Positions 38,223 to 48,922 are shown, numbered from the whole stretch's first letter. The stretch is DNA of 60,965 bases, filler included, from Candidatus Ancaeobacter aquaticus (GCA_030765405.1; 6 parts of 6 records of this genome joined end to end with filler, not necessarily neighbours in it); one strand, 5' to 3'. The notes: a model not told the origin generated them from the letters alone. Numbers and translations are program-made.

Positions 38223-38609
38223 ATGGAATCATCACTGTTTCTCGCAAAGATTCTTGGTCCGTACTTAGTTATCGTAACGGCCGGAATCTTGTTTAATCTC
38301 AAGACATATCAGAGAATAATCGATGGGTTTCAGCAAAATGCGGCGTTAACATACATCGGCGGCATGCTCGCACTTATTTCGGGGCTTCTCATTGTGGTTT
38401 TTCACAACGTGTGGGCCATGAACTGGACGCTCATTATCACCCTTATCGGTTGGAGCGCTCTTATCAAAGGGATATTCCTTATTATGTTTCCAACCCTAAT
38501 GCTCAAAGCAGCGGATTATCAACGTAATATGAGAGTCGTGATGGCAATATCGCTTATAATATTTTTTGGGCTTGGTGTAATATTGTGCGTTAATGGATAT
38601 GCTTCTTAA
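38223..38609 (+). CDS. Hypothetical four-TM membrane protein
   Basis: FHNVW..ITLIGW..LIKG pattern. Confidence 0.7.
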   Translation: MESSLFLAKILGPYLVIVTAGILFNLKTYQRIIDGFQQNAALTYIGGMLALISGLLIVVFHNVWAMNWTLIITLIGWSALIKGIFLIMFPTLMLKAADYQRNMRVVMAISLIIFFGLGVILCVNGYAS

Positions 38610-38628
38610 GAGACCCTCCGGGTCTTTT
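38608..38628 (+). terminator. Possible intrinsic terminator
   Basis: AGACCC-TCC-GGGTCT followed by T run. Confidence 0.45.
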
Positions 38629-38654
38629 AAACTGATATTATCAGAAATACCTAT

Positions 38655-39305
38655 ATGATAAATATGCGCTATGCAATACTCAGAATGAAGCAGATAATAA
38701 AAGAACTTGGGATTCCTGGCTCTTTTATGTATGCATTGCAATATATAGTATCTCGTATGCTCAATACAATCGAAGAAATAAAGAGTTCCGTGATTGGTCA
38801 TGCCCTGTCAGATGGTCTCATATCATATATAGAATATAGAATATTAAAAAAACAGTATCCTTCTTATTATAAAGGAAGATGGCGATATATCAAATATGTG
38901 CTGGGCATTATCAGTGAAGTTAATCCCGAGAGTGTTTTAGAGCTTGGCCCGCATCATATACCTTTAGTGAAAGGGTCGGACACGATGAATATCGATGATT
39001 GTCACATAAAGCCAACCTTTATGCATGATGCGCGAATAACACCGTGGCCGGTAGAAGATAACGCCTATGACATGTTTATTGCGCTTCAGGTATGGGAGCA
39101 TCTCGGGGATAAGCAAGCCGAAGCCTTTCAAGAAGTAATGCGCATAGCGAGATCTGCCATACTAAGTTTTCCGTATAAACGCTGCTGTCCCAGGAATTGC
39201 CATCATAATGTTGATGAAAAAATCATTTCAAAATGGACATGTCACAAAAAACCTGAGAAAATTATCAATACAGGCTTGGAAATAATCTATTTTTTTACAT
39301 TTTAA
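38655..39305 (+). CDS. SAM-dependent methyltransferase-like protein
   Basis: VLELGP; YDMFIALQVWEHL. Confidence 0.55.
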   Translation: MINMRYAILRMKQIIKELGIPGSFMYALQYIVSRMLNTIEEIKSSVIGHALSDGLISYIEYRILKKQYPSYYKGRWRYIKYVLGIISEVNPESVLELGPHHIPLVKGSDTMNIDDCHIKPTFMHDARITPWPVEDNAYDMFIALQVWEHLGDKQAEAFQEVMRIARSAILSFPYKRCCPRNCHHNVDEKIISKWTCHKKPEKIINTGLEIIYFFTF

Positions 39306-39323
39306 ATTAGTGAAAGGCAGAGT

Positions 39324-39746
39324 ATGAAAGCAAAACATAAAAATACTTTTATTGGCAGGTTGCCACATAATGAGGATCTTCTTGGTGCGCTTACAGATGT
39401 GTGCAAAAAAAAGAATATACAGTTAGGGACGATTTCTGTTATCGGGGCAGTGAGCAATGTCGTCCTAGGGTATTACGATCAGGATAAGAGAACCTACGGT
39501 GAGTCCGTGCGCCTGACTGAAAAAATGGAAATCGTATCCTGCAGCGGGAACATATCACTTAAAGATGATGAAATATTTGTGCATGCGCATGTTTCTGTCG
39601 CTGACAGCCGCGGGATATGTTATGGCGGGCACCTTATGAACGGCACGATAGTATTTGCCGCTGAATACCATATAACAGAATTAGACGGAAAATTACTAAT
39701 ACGAAAACCTGATAATCAAACAGGATTGAACCTTTGGAGTGAATAA
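39324..39746 (+). CDS. PPC/DUF296 domain protein
   Basis: EIVSCSGNIS; HAHVS; YGGHL. Confidence 0.88.
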   Translation: MKAKHKNTFIGRLPHNEDLLGALTDVCKKKNIQLGTISVIGAVSNVVLGYYDQDKRTYGESVRLTEKMEIVSCSGNISLKDDEIFVHAHVSVADSRGICYGGHLMNGTIVFAAEYHITELDGKLLIRKPDNQTGLNLWSE

Positions 39747-40972
39747 TGGGCGAATTCTTATTTATTATTCTTGTTGTTTTGGTTGTTGCGCGCATTGCAG
39801 GGAGTATTGCCCGCAAGCTCGGACAGCTTCCGATACTCGGTGAGCTTATAGCAGGCGTTGTTTTAGGTGTTATAACGCTCTATGGCCCCTTCAGTCATTA
39901 TGCAGAGATCGAGCTTTCAAAAGAATTCAAAATACTCGCTGATCTGGGCATTTTCTTTTTAATGCTCATGGCGGGCATGGAGATAGAAATAAAGGAACTG
40001 GTAAAAGCTTCAAAGGCGGGTTTGTTGGTTGCTTTCGGCGGTGTTGTCCTGCCGATAGTGCTCGGCGTATCGCTTGGTATGGCAGTTTTGCCCGCATCAC
40101 ACCTTAAGCTTGTGCAGTGTTTGTTTTTGGGCGTCGTCTTGTCGATAACTGCTATACCGGCTTTAAGCAGAGTCTTGATCGAGCTTGACCTGCTGAAAAC
40201 GCGTATGGGGCACACGCTCATAAGCGCCGCCATTATTGATGACATTATCGGCCTGTTGCTGCTTTCCATAGTCATGGGATTAATGAAAGACGGCGCGGTC
40301 CTTTCACTCGGTGTGTTTGGCCTGCTTTTGGCGAAGATCACCGTCTTTTTTATTGCGGCATTCTTGTATGGCCGTTTTATCATGCCGCTTTGCGTAAAGC
40401 ATCTGTCCCGTTTAAAGATCGTTGAGGTAGAATTCAGTTTTGTTCTTGTGAGCGCGTTTGCCATGGGGCTTCTGGCAGAATACGCGCACATGCACTTTAT
40501 TATAGGTGCTTTAGTTACCGGTATGTTAGTGAACAAGGAAGTATTCAGTGAAGGGATTGTAGAAAGCGTCAAACAGAAATTGTCTGCTGTAACCCTTGGA
40601 TTTTTCGCGCCACTCTTTTTTGTGTTTGTCGGGCTGCATGTCGATATAGGGGCGATCGGCAAAGCGCCATTATTTGCGATCGCATTATTATTTTTTGCGA
40701 TCATTGGAAAGGTTGTCGGCGCGGGTGTTCCCGCGCGAATGCTGGGTTTTTCATGGCGTGAAAGTATCTCTATGGGGTTTGGTATGAACGGACGTGGCGC
40801 GGTAGAGCTCGTTGTAGCCGCTGTCGCGCTTGAAATGGGTCTCTTTACTCAGCAGGGACCGGTCACACCGCTTCTAGGATCGGTATTTTCGAGCATTATC
40901 ATTATGACCATTATCACCACGCTTTTGGTGCCCTTCGGGATGAAATTATTCTTACCACCTGCAGAAAAATAA
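39746..40972 (+). CDS. Cation:proton antiporter (CPA2)
   Basis: About 12 TMs; GELIAG, AAIIDD, GRGAVEL. Confidence 0.9.
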   Translation: MGEFLFIILVVLVVARIAGSIARKLGQLPILGELIAGVVLGVITLYGPFSHYAEIELSKEFKILADLGIFFLMLMAGMEIEIKELVKASKAGLLVAFGGVVLPIVLGVSLGMAVLPASHLKLVQCLFLGVVLSITAIPALSRVLIELDLLKTRMGHTLISAAIIDDIIGLLLLSIVMGLMKDGAVLSLGVFGLLLAKITVFFIAAFLYGRFIMPLCVKHLSRLKIVEVEFSFVLVSAFAMGLLAEYAHMHFIIGALVTGMLVNKEVFSEGIVESVKQKLSAVTLGFFAPLFFVFVGLHVDIGAIGKAPLFAIALLFFAIIGKVVGAGVPARMLGFSWRESISMGFGMNGRGAVELVVAAVALEMGLFTQQGPVTPLLGSVFSSIIIMTIITTLLVPFGMKLFLPPAEK

Positions 40973-40991
40973 AGGGGTATACCTTTTATTT

Positions 40992-41069
40992 AGTTCGGAG
41001 TTGGGAGTCTGGAGTTCGGAGAATAAAGCGAAAATCGTTAGTTCGGAGTAATTAAAGGAGCGAAGCTCC
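40992..41069 (+). repeat. AGTTCGG heptad run plus GCGAAGC hairpin, copy A
   Basis: Four heptads 40992-41021, a fifth at 41040, GGAGCGAAGCTCC at 41057. Confidence 0.8.
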
Positions 41070-42572
41070 CTTTTTTATTTCACGTTTCAGAATCTTTCCT
41101 GTTGATGTGCGCGGTAAGTCTTGTTCGATATTAATTTTGTGAGGGATCTTGTATGTGGCAAGCTTGTCCTTACAGAATCGTTTGAGTTCCGGAGCTGTTG
41201 CTCTTTTGCCTTCTTTCAATGTTACATATGCGACAGGGAGTTCACCTCTATGAGGATCTTTCATGCCTATAATTGCAGCGTCTTGTATCGCGGGATGTCT
41301 GTAAAGGACCTGTTCTATTTCACGGGGATAAATATTCAATCCGTGTGAAAGGATCATATCTTTTTTTCTATCAAGGATATAAATGTATCCATCTTCATCA
41401 ACTTTACCGATATCACCGGTATGGAGCCATCCATCAACCAATGTTTGTGCTGTCGCTTCAGGATTATTATAATATTCTCTCATGACATTAGGACCCATAA
41501 CGCAAATTTCCCCTGATTCACCAATAGGTACTTCATTATTGCTATCATCAACGATTTTTACCTTAACACTTGTTAGTGGTGGCCCGACAGAACTGACTTT
41601 GCGCTGGCCATGCAAAGGATTTACTGACACAACCGGAGATGATTCTGACAAGCCGTATCCTTCCATAAGTGGCAGGCCGGTATTTTCCTCGAATTTAGTT
41701 AACACTTCTTCTGATAATGGTGCAGACCCCGATATGCAAAATCGTATAGCAATAAGCTTTTTAACTATCCAGGGAAGTTTCTTTTCTCCGAGCAGATGAT
41801 ATATTTGTGGTATACCCACAAAAGCGGTTATTCGTTTAAAGAGTATAGTCTTAAGAACTTTATCAAATGGTTTCACTGATTTTAATATAACGATAGATGC
41901 TCCCATAGATAACGGTAATAGCAAGCATACGGTCATAGTAAACGAGTGAAACATAGGTAAAAACACTATGAATCGGTCACGTTTTGTAAGGTGTAAGATT
42001 TTGTTACAGTCAGCAATATTTGATGTGAGATTGTTATGTGTAAGGACAGCGGCTTTTGGGTTCCCTGTTGTTCCTGAAGTATATATCAGTACCGCAACAT
42101 CGTCAGGTATAATAAATTCAGAGTGATAATGACCTGTTGCGAGAATATATTCTAAGGGAAAATAGTTTTCTTTATGTTCTGTACCGGTATGAATAATAGT
42201 AATCGGGGTATCAATATCTTTTACGGCTGTTTTAACACGTTCTATAAGATCGTCTGTTGTTATGATGACCTTTGCACCGGAATCTTCAATAATAAATTTT
42301 ATTTCTTCAGGAGCTAAAAACGTGTTTACCGGGACAACCCATGCACCGGTCTTTAAAATGCCAAAAAATGTGGGAATGAAGTCCGGCCCATTTGTCATGA
42401 GGAGGCATACACGATCATCTTTCTTTATTTCACAGGTTTCTTGCAATCCTCCAGCAATTTTTTCTGAAAGAATCTTTAAATCAGCGTAAGTGACCTTATT
42501 TTTTTCATAAAAATAGGCCGGGTGATTGCTGTAATTTGATACGCTACGCTCCAGAAGTTCTATAAGTGTCAT
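41052..42572 (-). CDS. fadD: Long-chain fatty acid-CoA ligase (AMP-binding)
   Basis: YTSGTTGNPK; EGYGLSE; WLHTGD; TGKILK. Confidence 0.88.
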   Translation of the reverse strand: MTLIELLERSVSNYSNHPAYFYEKNKVTYADLKILSEKIAGGLQETCEIKKDDRVCLLMTNGPDFIPTFFGILKTGAWVVPVNTFLAPEEIKFIIEDSGAKVIITTDDLIERVKTAVKDIDTPITIIHTGTEHKENYFPLEYILATGHYHSEFIIPDDVAVLIYTSGTTGNPKAAVLTHNNLTSNIADCNKILHLTKRDRFIVFLPMFHSFTMTVCLLLPLSMGASIVILKSVKPFDKVLKTILFKRITAFVGIPQIYHLLGEKKLPWIVKKLIAIRFCISGSAPLSEEVLTKFEENTGLPLMEGYGLSESSPVVSVNPLHGQRKVSSVGPPLTSVKVKIVDDSNNEVPIGESGEICVMGPNVMREYYNNPEATAQTLVDGWLHTGDIGKVDEDGYIYILDRKKDMILSHGLNIYPREIEQVLYRHPAIQDAAIIGMKDPHRGELPVAYVTLKEGKRATAPELKRFCKDKLATYKIPHKINIEQDLPRTSTGKILKREIKKGASLL

Positions 42573-42669
42573 ATATGTTTTTCCTCGCAAACACATATTA
42601 GCATAAAACGTATTTCCGTGACAAAATTAATTATTTTACTTTTCAGTCGATTTAATAGAAAATAGTATT

Positions 42670-42723
42670 AGTTCGGAGTCGGGAGTTTGGAGTTCGGAGG
42701 AAAAGATTTGCAGGGCGAAGCCC
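42670..42723 (+). repeat. AGTTCGG heptad run plus GCGAAGC hairpin, copy B
   Basis: Four heptads 42670-42699; GGGCGAAGCCC at 42713. Confidence 0.8.
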
Positions 42724-42771
42724 CGCGCTTCATATCTCTTGTTAGCTCACCCATTACAATAGTAGGTATGT

Positions 42772-43110
42772 ATGAATGATAATGAACTATGCAATAAAAA
42801 TTGTACCGCATGTCGTTTAGGGACACCACCTCTTGCAGAAGACGACATAAATGAATACATGAGCAAGATTTCATCTGATTGGAAACTTGTTGATACCTCA
42901 CATATTGTAAGAGTGTTTACATTAAAGAATTTTACTGAGGCAATGACTTTTGTAAACAAAATTGCCGAGTGTGCTGAATCTGAAGGGCATCATCCTGATA
43001 TAACAATCTCGTGGAATAAGGTGACGCTTATTTTAACGACACATGCAAGTAAAGGTCTTACAGAAAATGATTTTATTATGGCGTACAAAATAGATGATAT
43101 AGCCAAATAA
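42772..43110 (+). CDS. Pterin-4-alpha-carbinolamine dehydratase
   Basis: AESEGHHPDI; THASKGLTENDFIMA. Confidence 0.92.
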   Translation: MNDNELCNKNCTACRLGTPPLAEDDINEYMSKISSDWKLVDTSHIVRVFTLKNFTEAMTFVNKIAECAESEGHHPDITISWNKVTLILTTHASKGLTENDFIMAYKIDDIAK

Positions 43111-43121
43111 GGTGTGTATAT

Positions 43122-44852
43122 ATGCATAAGAGAATGAAGACGTTACAAGGGATATCAGCGGCTACCGGTATAGCGCTCGGAGTAACATGCGTATATACCG
43201 AAAAGGTTGATGAGGAGATACCGCATTACCTTATAAAAAAGAGCGATGTTGATGCCGAGATAAAGCGTTTTGATGACGCTATGAAAAAGGCGCGAAGTGT
43301 CTTGAACGATATACTTGAGGGATCAAATATCCTTTTTGATAGTAAAAATGCTGACGGCATTGTGCGAGCGTATCAAATGATGCTTGAAGACGTCAATATC
43401 TATAAAAAAGCAGTGAGTTTAGTACGGACAAAATTGGTAAATGCTGAGCATGCCGTGTCCGATGCTTATGGAGAATATATTGATAAGCTCAGAGAAAAAA
43501 AGATGCATTTTGCTGAGATTGCTCAGGATATTATAGATGTCAGGAATCGTATCCTCACATCGTTTGTTGGTGAAAAAGGTGAATTTGCATGTTCTGTAGG
43601 AAAAAAACAGCCGGTTGTTGTTGTTTCTAAACAGCTTACGCCAACAATGGTGATGGAAATACCCCGAGAGAATGTTCTGGCATTTGTCACTGAAGAAGGA
43701 GGGCTCACAACCCATGCGAGTATTCTTGCAAGAAGTTTTGGTGTGCCGATAGTGTTTAATGTGCCGGTAGAAGAGGCGATTAAGTGTGGGGACAATGTTA
43801 TTGTTGATGGTTTGATCGGTAAAGTGATCGTAAACCCTGATACAGCGACAAAAAAATACTATAAAAACAAGCTTGAGAAGACGTCAAAAGTAAAAACTAT
43901 TTGTGCTCTGCATAAAGATGAGCCGCCTACAACGAAACATGGCCAGCGGGTACTCTTAAAAATCAATATTACCACACCCGAAGAGATCATGCTGGTGAAG
44001 GATATTAATTATGATGGTGTAGGACTCCTGCGCACAGAGTTTTTATTTGCGAAAAGCACCGAAGCCCCGTCCGAAGACGAACAGTTCTCTCTCTTTAAGT
44101 ATGTATTAGAGCGCTCTCAAGGAAAGCCGATAACAGTGCGCTTACTTGATATCGGTGGAGATAAGTTGCCGCCATATTTGCATTTGCCGCCACAGGATAA
44201 TCCTGAACTGGGTGTGCGAGGTTCGCGAGCACTTGATTTCTTTTATGATATCTATGTCGCGCAGATGAAAGCTATCCTGCGTAGTTCATTGTATGGTGAT
44301 ATACGGATCTTGTACCCGATGGTTTCAGATATAAATGATCTCAACTCATTTAAAAAGGTGCTTGATAAAGCAAAGAGCATATTAAAGAAGGAAAAGAAAC
44401 CGTTCAAAGATGACATTAAAGAAGGTGTTATGATAGAAACACCGTCTGCTGCTCTAATGGCAGATAGACTACTGGCAGATTCTGATTTTGCGAACATTGG
44501 GTCAAATGATCTTCTGCAGTATACGCTTGCAGCGTCACGAGGAAATGTATTTGTTGAAAGCAGGTATCATGTGATGCATCCTGCACTCATTCAATTAATC
44601 GAACATATTGTTAAAGCGGGTGAAAAGCAAAAAAAAGAAATTTGTATATGCGGTGAGATAGCGTGTTTTGAAGATTTTTATCCTGTCCTCTTAAGTGCTG
44701 GGCTAACCAGTTTTAGTGTTGCTGTATCAAAATACGAAGATATTAAATGTCATTTGCTTGGATTATCAAAACCGCGTACAACTTTGTTAAAAGATTTTTA
44801 CGCGCAAGACACAAAAGAAGAGATCGATACGTTTTTTGCCAAACAGGAATAG
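43122..44852 (+). CDS. ptsI: PEP-protein phosphotransferase (PTS enzyme I family)
   Basis: GGLTTHASILAR phospho-His; GVGLLRTEF; MIETPSAA; IGSNDL; ICGE. Confidence 0.9.
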   Translation: MHKRMKTLQGISAATGIALGVTCVYTEKVDEEIPHYLIKKSDVDAEIKRFDDAMKKARSVLNDILEGSNILFDSKNADGIVRAYQMMLEDVNIYKKAVSLVRTKLVNAEHAVSDAYGEYIDKLREKKMHFAEIAQDIIDVRNRILTSFVGEKGEFACSVGKKQPVVVVSKQLTPTMVMEIPRENVLAFVTEEGGLTTHASILARSFGVPIVFNVPVEEAIKCGDNVIVDGLIGKVIVNPDTATKKYYKNKLEKTSKVKTICALHKDEPPTTKHGQRVLLKINITTPEEIMLVKDINYDGVGLLRTEFLFAKSTEAPSEDEQFSLFKYVLERSQGKPITVRLLDIGGDKLPPYLHLPPQDNPELGVRGSRALDFFYDIYVAQMKAILRSSLYGDIRILYPMVSDINDLNSFKKVLDKAKSILKKEKKPFKDDIKEGVMIETPSAALMADRLLADSDFANIGSNDLLQYTLAASRGNVFVESRYHVMHPALIQLIEHIVKAGEKQKKEICICGEIACFEDFYPVLLSAGLTSFSVAVSKYEDIKCHLLGLSKPRTTLLKDFYAQDTKEEIDTFFAKQE

Positions 44853-44855
44853 ATA

Positions 44856-45668
44856 ATGCCTTTAGACAATGTCGTATTTGCATTTGTATTAACTTTATGT
44901 GCAGGGCTGGCAACAGGTATTGGCGGCGCGATTGCGTTTCTTGCAAAAAGGACCAATACTAAACTGCTTTCATTTGCACTAGGTTTGTCTGCAGGCGTAA
45001 TGATCTATGTTTCTTTTGTCGAGATACTCTTTAAAGCAAAAGAAGCTCTTGTTCTGCAGTTAGGCAATGCATATGGCGGATGGGCCACCATTGGGTCATT
45101 TTTTGGAGGGATAGCATTTATCGGGATTATCGATATGCTTGTTCCTGCATTCGAAAATCCGCATGAACTGCGCAGGGTTGAAGAAGTTGACGATAGTCAG
45201 CAAATGGAGAAACAAAGAAAACTGTATCGCATGGGAATATTTTCTGCGATAGCAATAGCGATACATAATTTTCCTGAAGGGTTAGCAACATTCGCTGCGG
45301 CTTTAAAGGATCCGCAAATCGGTTTTCCTATAGCGATAGCAATAGCGATACATAATATTCCTGAGGGAATAGCAATAGCAATACCGATATATTATGCTGT
45401 TGGAAGTAAGAAAAAAGCGTTTTTTTATTCTTTCTTGTCAGGACTTGCAGAGCCGTTAGGTGCGCTGATCGGTTTTGGGTTTTTTCTTATGTTTTTTACC
45501 GATATAATGTTTGGTATAGTGTTTGCTGCAGTTGCGGGGATAATGGTATATATTTCGCTTGATGAGCTCTTGCCGGCCGCACGAGAATATGGAAAAGGAC
45601 ATCTTGCAATAGGTGGGTTGATTTGCGGCATGCTTATTATGGCGATAAGTCTCGTGTTGTTTCAATAG
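44856..45668 (+). CDS. zupT: ZIP-family zinc transporter
   Basis: AIAIHNFPEG / HNIPEG. Confidence 0.92.
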   Translation: MPLDNVVFAFVLTLCAGLATGIGGAIAFLAKRTNTKLLSFALGLSAGVMIYVSFVEILFKAKEALVLQLGNAYGGWATIGSFFGGIAFIGIIDMLVPAFENPHELRRVEEVDDSQQMEKQRKLYRMGIFSAIAIAIHNFPEGLATFAAALKDPQIGFPIAIAIAIHNIPEGIAIAIPIYYAVGSKKKAFFYSFLSGLAEPLGALIGFGFFLMFFTDIMFGIVFAAVAGIMVYISLDELLPAAREYGKGHLAIGGLICGMLIMAISLVLFQ

Positions 45669-45692
45669 AATAAACAAAGGAGTGAAGCGCAT

Positions 45693-46709
45693 ATGAAGAA
45701 AAAAGATCTATTAAAGAAACAAATCAAACATATTGATATCACATCGTTTGACGCGACAAAAATCACTGATGCTATGGGACATATGTCTTTTACATCACGT
45801 GAAACTGCCCGCGCAACCGATCTCTTAAAAAAAATGGTTGGCGATAAGAAGGCGACAGTGTTTTTGGTCCTTGCGGGAAGCACCAGTGCCGGCGGATGCA
45901 TGAAAGTGTATGCCGATATGGTGAAATACAACATGGTTGACGCGATCGTTGCCACCGGTGCATCGATTGTTGACATGGACTTTTTTGAAGCGCTTGGTTT
46001 TAAGCATTATAGCGCGCCTGAACAGATAGATGACAATTTGTTGCGTAAACTATACATTGATAGAATATATGATACCTATATCGATGAAGAACAGTTGCAG
46101 GTATGTGATCTTGTTACAAAAAAGATCGCAGATAATTTGGATCCGCGACCATATTCGTCACGTGAATTCATTAAAGAAATGGGTAAGTATTGCGTGAAAC
46201 ATGCCAAGAAAAAAGATTCGCTGGTTGAGACTGCGTACAAACATAATGTGCCGATCTTTTGCCCTGCGTTTACTGATTCGAGTGCTGGATTTGGTTTGGT
46301 TGCACATCAATGGGAAAACGCTGACAGGCATATGTCGATTGATTCAGTGAAAGATTTTCGTGAACTCACCATGATCAAGATGGAAGCAGGGGTGTCGGGT
46401 CTTTTTATGATAGGTGGTGGTGTGCCAAAGAATTTTGTGCAGGACACTGTTGTGTGTGCGGAAGTTCTCGGTAAAGAAGTGCCTATGCATAAGTATGCAG
46501 TACAGATCACGGTTGCGGACGTAAGAGATGGAGCGTGTTCGAGTTCGACTTTAAAAGAAGCCGCGTCATGGGGCAAAGTCGATACGGTATACGAACAAAT
46601 GGTGTATGCCGAAGCATCGTCTGTTGTTCCTCTTATTGTGAGCAGTGCCTATCACAGTAATGTCTGGAAAAAGAGAAAGAGAAGAAACTGGTCTAAACTG
46701 TTTGATTAA
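45693..46709 (+). CDS. Deoxyhypusine synthase-like protein (probable homospermidine synthase)
   Basis: RIYDTYI; FCPAFTDSSAG; IGGGVPKNF; LKEAASWGKV. Confidence 0.88.
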   Translation: MKKKDLLKKQIKHIDITSFDATKITDAMGHMSFTSRETARATDLLKKMVGDKKATVFLVLAGSTSAGGCMKVYADMVKYNMVDAIVATGASIVDMDFFEALGFKHYSAPEQIDDNLLRKLYIDRIYDTYIDEEQLQVCDLVTKKIADNLDPRPYSSREFIKEMGKYCVKHAKKKDSLVETAYKHNVPIFCPAFTDSSAGFGLVAHQWENADRHMSIDSVKDFRELTMIKMEAGVSGLFMIGGGVPKNFVQDTVVCAEVLGKEVPMHKYAVQITVADVRDGACSSSTLKEAASWGKVDTVYEQMVYAEASSVVPLIVSSAYHSNVWKKRKRRNWSKLFD

Positions 46710-46745
46710 TAGTTGAACAATAAAAATAATAGAAAGACGTTATGT

Positions 46746-47228
46746 ATGAACGAGACGAGTCGTGACGAAAAATATATGGCACTGGCAATAGAGATAGCAC
46801 TTGCTGGAATAGAAAAAGGGCAGTCTCCGTTTGGGGCTTGTATTGTTAAAGGTGATACGGTTATTAGTTGTGAACATAATGTGGTCTGGGATCAAACCGA
46901 TATTACCGCACATGCTGAGATCCACGCTATACAAGTAGCATGCAAAGAACTGAATTCTGTTACCCTAGATGGATGCACAATATATTCTACCTGTGAGCCT
47001 TGTCCTATGTGTTTTAGTGCGATACACTGGGCACGTATATCAAAAATTGTTTTTGGAGCAAGTATCGCTGATGCAAAAGAATTTGGTTTTAACGAGCTTG
47101 AAATCGAAAACACAGAAATGAAAAAAATTGGTAACTCGGGTGTAGAAATTGTGAGTGGTGTATTAAGAGAAAAAAACATTACAGTATTTCAAAAATGGCA
47201 CTCTGAGGAAAATCGTAAAGTGTATTAA
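46746..47228 (+). CDS. Nucleoside/guanine deaminase (CDA fold)
   Basis: SPFGACIV; HAE; TCEPCPMCFSAIHWA. Confidence 0.85.
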   Translation: MNETSRDEKYMALAIEIALAGIEKGQSPFGACIVKGDTVISCEHNVVWDQTDITAHAEIHAIQVACKELNSVTLDGCTIYSTCEPCPMCFSAIHWARISKIVFGASIADAKEFGFNELEIENTEMKKIGNSGVEIVSGVLREKNITVFQKWHSEENRKVY

Positions 47229-47245
47229 AGTGAAAGGAGTAACGG

Positions 47246-47449
47246 ATGCAATTATCACGTTATGAAAAGTTTGTTTATACCGGATGTCCCTGGTTTTTTG
47301 GTTTTATTTTAACTGTAAGCGGTATTGTTGTTCAACAAATGAGAGATGATGTGTTGCCGGGCCTTATCATGACGTCAGCCGGGTTGTTATGCTTTTGTTT
47401 TTATTGCCTTATCAGCATGCTTATAAAAGTACATTCTAACGACGAATAA
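47246..47449 (+). CDS. Small membrane protein
   Basis: GGAG RBS; two hydrophobic segments. Confidence 0.5.
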   Translation: MQLSRYEKFVYTGCPWFFGFILTVSGIVVQQMRDDVLPGLIMTSAGLLCFCFYCLISMLIKVHSNDE

Positions 47450-47476
47450 TTTAAAAGAATACAGAGATAATACACA

Positions 47477-47947
47477 ATGGATATGCCGGGAATAGGTATA
47501 GTCTTTGATATTGAAGCGCTTGGCGGTGGATACTACGGATATCAGGCGTGGCGAATATTCATGAAACATATCGATCAAAAAAAGATCACCAATACCATTA
47601 TCAAAGAAGGCGATACAAACAATACCTTGCATGGGCGTGAAAATGATTTTTGTATTGCGATATATGGACCGCTCCTAGACTGTGATTATATTTATGAAGC
47701 ATTTGCTGCGTTAACTGATCAGGGGCTTGCACCAACATATAAACGATTTATTGTCCAACCGCAACTATCTCAGGAACCGTTACCAATCAGAGGAACAATT
47801 GATCTAGACGGATATTTTATTGCCGATGAATGGTTGCGAATAGATCATGACCTCTGTAAAGAAGCAGGATGGAAATATAGACCAGAAAAAGCACCCCCGG
47901 ATCTCCCAAAAAATTTACAGGACGAGCTCGATGTTATGAGCGCATAA
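47477..47947 (+). CDS. Hypothetical protein
   Basis: 156-aa ORF collinear with operon. Confidence 0.6.
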   Translation: MDMPGIGIVFDIEALGGGYYGYQAWRIFMKHIDQKKITNTIIKEGDTNNTLHGRENDFCIAIYGPLLDCDYIYEAFAALTDQGLAPTYKRFIVQPQLSQEPLPIRGTIDLDGYFIADEWLRIDHDLCKEAGWKYRPEKAPPDLPKNLQDELDVMSA

Positions 47948-48005
47948 AAAGCAATTGATAGATACGGCGAAATGATGTATAAGTACTGTAAAGATAAGGC
48001 TATAT

Positions 48006-48914
48006 ATGGATAATAAAAGAAATGTAACTGTCGGTCTTGTGCAGATGTCGTGCAAAGATAATACGGCATCTAATTTAGATAAAGCTAAGAAACTTATTGT
48101 AGCAGCAGCTGAAAAAGGCGCACAGATAATTTGTCTACAAGAACTGTTCCAATCGATATACTTTTGTCAGACAGAAGATATCGCAAACTTTGATTGTGCT
48201 ATAGCGGTAGATGAAAAAAGTCCCATGGTGCAGGAATTGGGCGATATTGCATCACGATACAATGTAGTGATTGTTTCAAGTGTATTTGAAAAGAGGGCAG
48301 AAGGGGTTTATCACAACACAGCGTTTGTTGTTGATGCAGACGGAAAATATCTTGGTAAATATCGTAAAATGCATATTCCTGATGATCCGCATTATTATGA
48401 AAAATTTTATTTTGCTCCGGGTGATTTGGGCTACAAAGTATTTAAGACAAAGTATGCCGATATAGGTGTATTGATATGCTGGGATCAATGGTATCCGGAA
48501 GCTGCACGGTTAACAGCGCTTAATGGCGCTGAAATTATCTTTTACCCTACAGCAATAGGGTGGCTTCCATGTGATAAGAAAGAGTATGGATTTCAGCAGC
48601 ATAATGCGTGGGAAACAATACAAAGGTCTCATGCGATCGCAAACGGATGCTATGTAGCCGCAACGAACAGAGTAGGTTTTGAAAAAAGTCCTGACGGTAA
48701 AGAAGGAATAGAGTTTTGGGGGCAGAGTTTTGTAGCGGGAACATCAGGCGAGATACTCGAAAAAGCGTCATGTGACAAAGAAGAAATTGTTACCGCGACA
48801 CTTGATCTTACCAATGTTAAGACAACGCGTGTCATGTGGCCATTTTTACGTGACCGAAGAATAGATAGCTATAGCGATATAGTGAAGCGATTCATAGAAA
48901 AGAAAGGTAAGTAG
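48006..48914 (+). CDS. aguB: N-carbamoylputrescine amidohydrolase
   Basis: Nitrilase triad LQELF / YRKMHIPDDP / ICWDQWYPE; adjacent to aguA. Confidence 0.92.
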   Translation: MDNKRNVTVGLVQMSCKDNTASNLDKAKKLIVAAAEKGAQIICLQELFQSIYFCQTEDIANFDCAIAVDEKSPMVQELGDIASRYNVVIVSSVFEKRAEGVYHNTAFVVDADGKYLGKYRKMHIPDDPHYYEKFYFAPGDLGYKVFKTKYADIGVLICWDQWYPEAARLTALNGAEIIFYPTAIGWLPCDKKEYGFQQHNAWETIQRSHAIANGCYVAATNRVGFEKSPDGKEGIEFWGQSFVAGTSGEILEKASCDKEEIVTATLDLTNVKTTRVMWPFLRDRRIDSYSDIVKRFIEKKGK

Positions 48915-48922
48915 GCCAGTGC

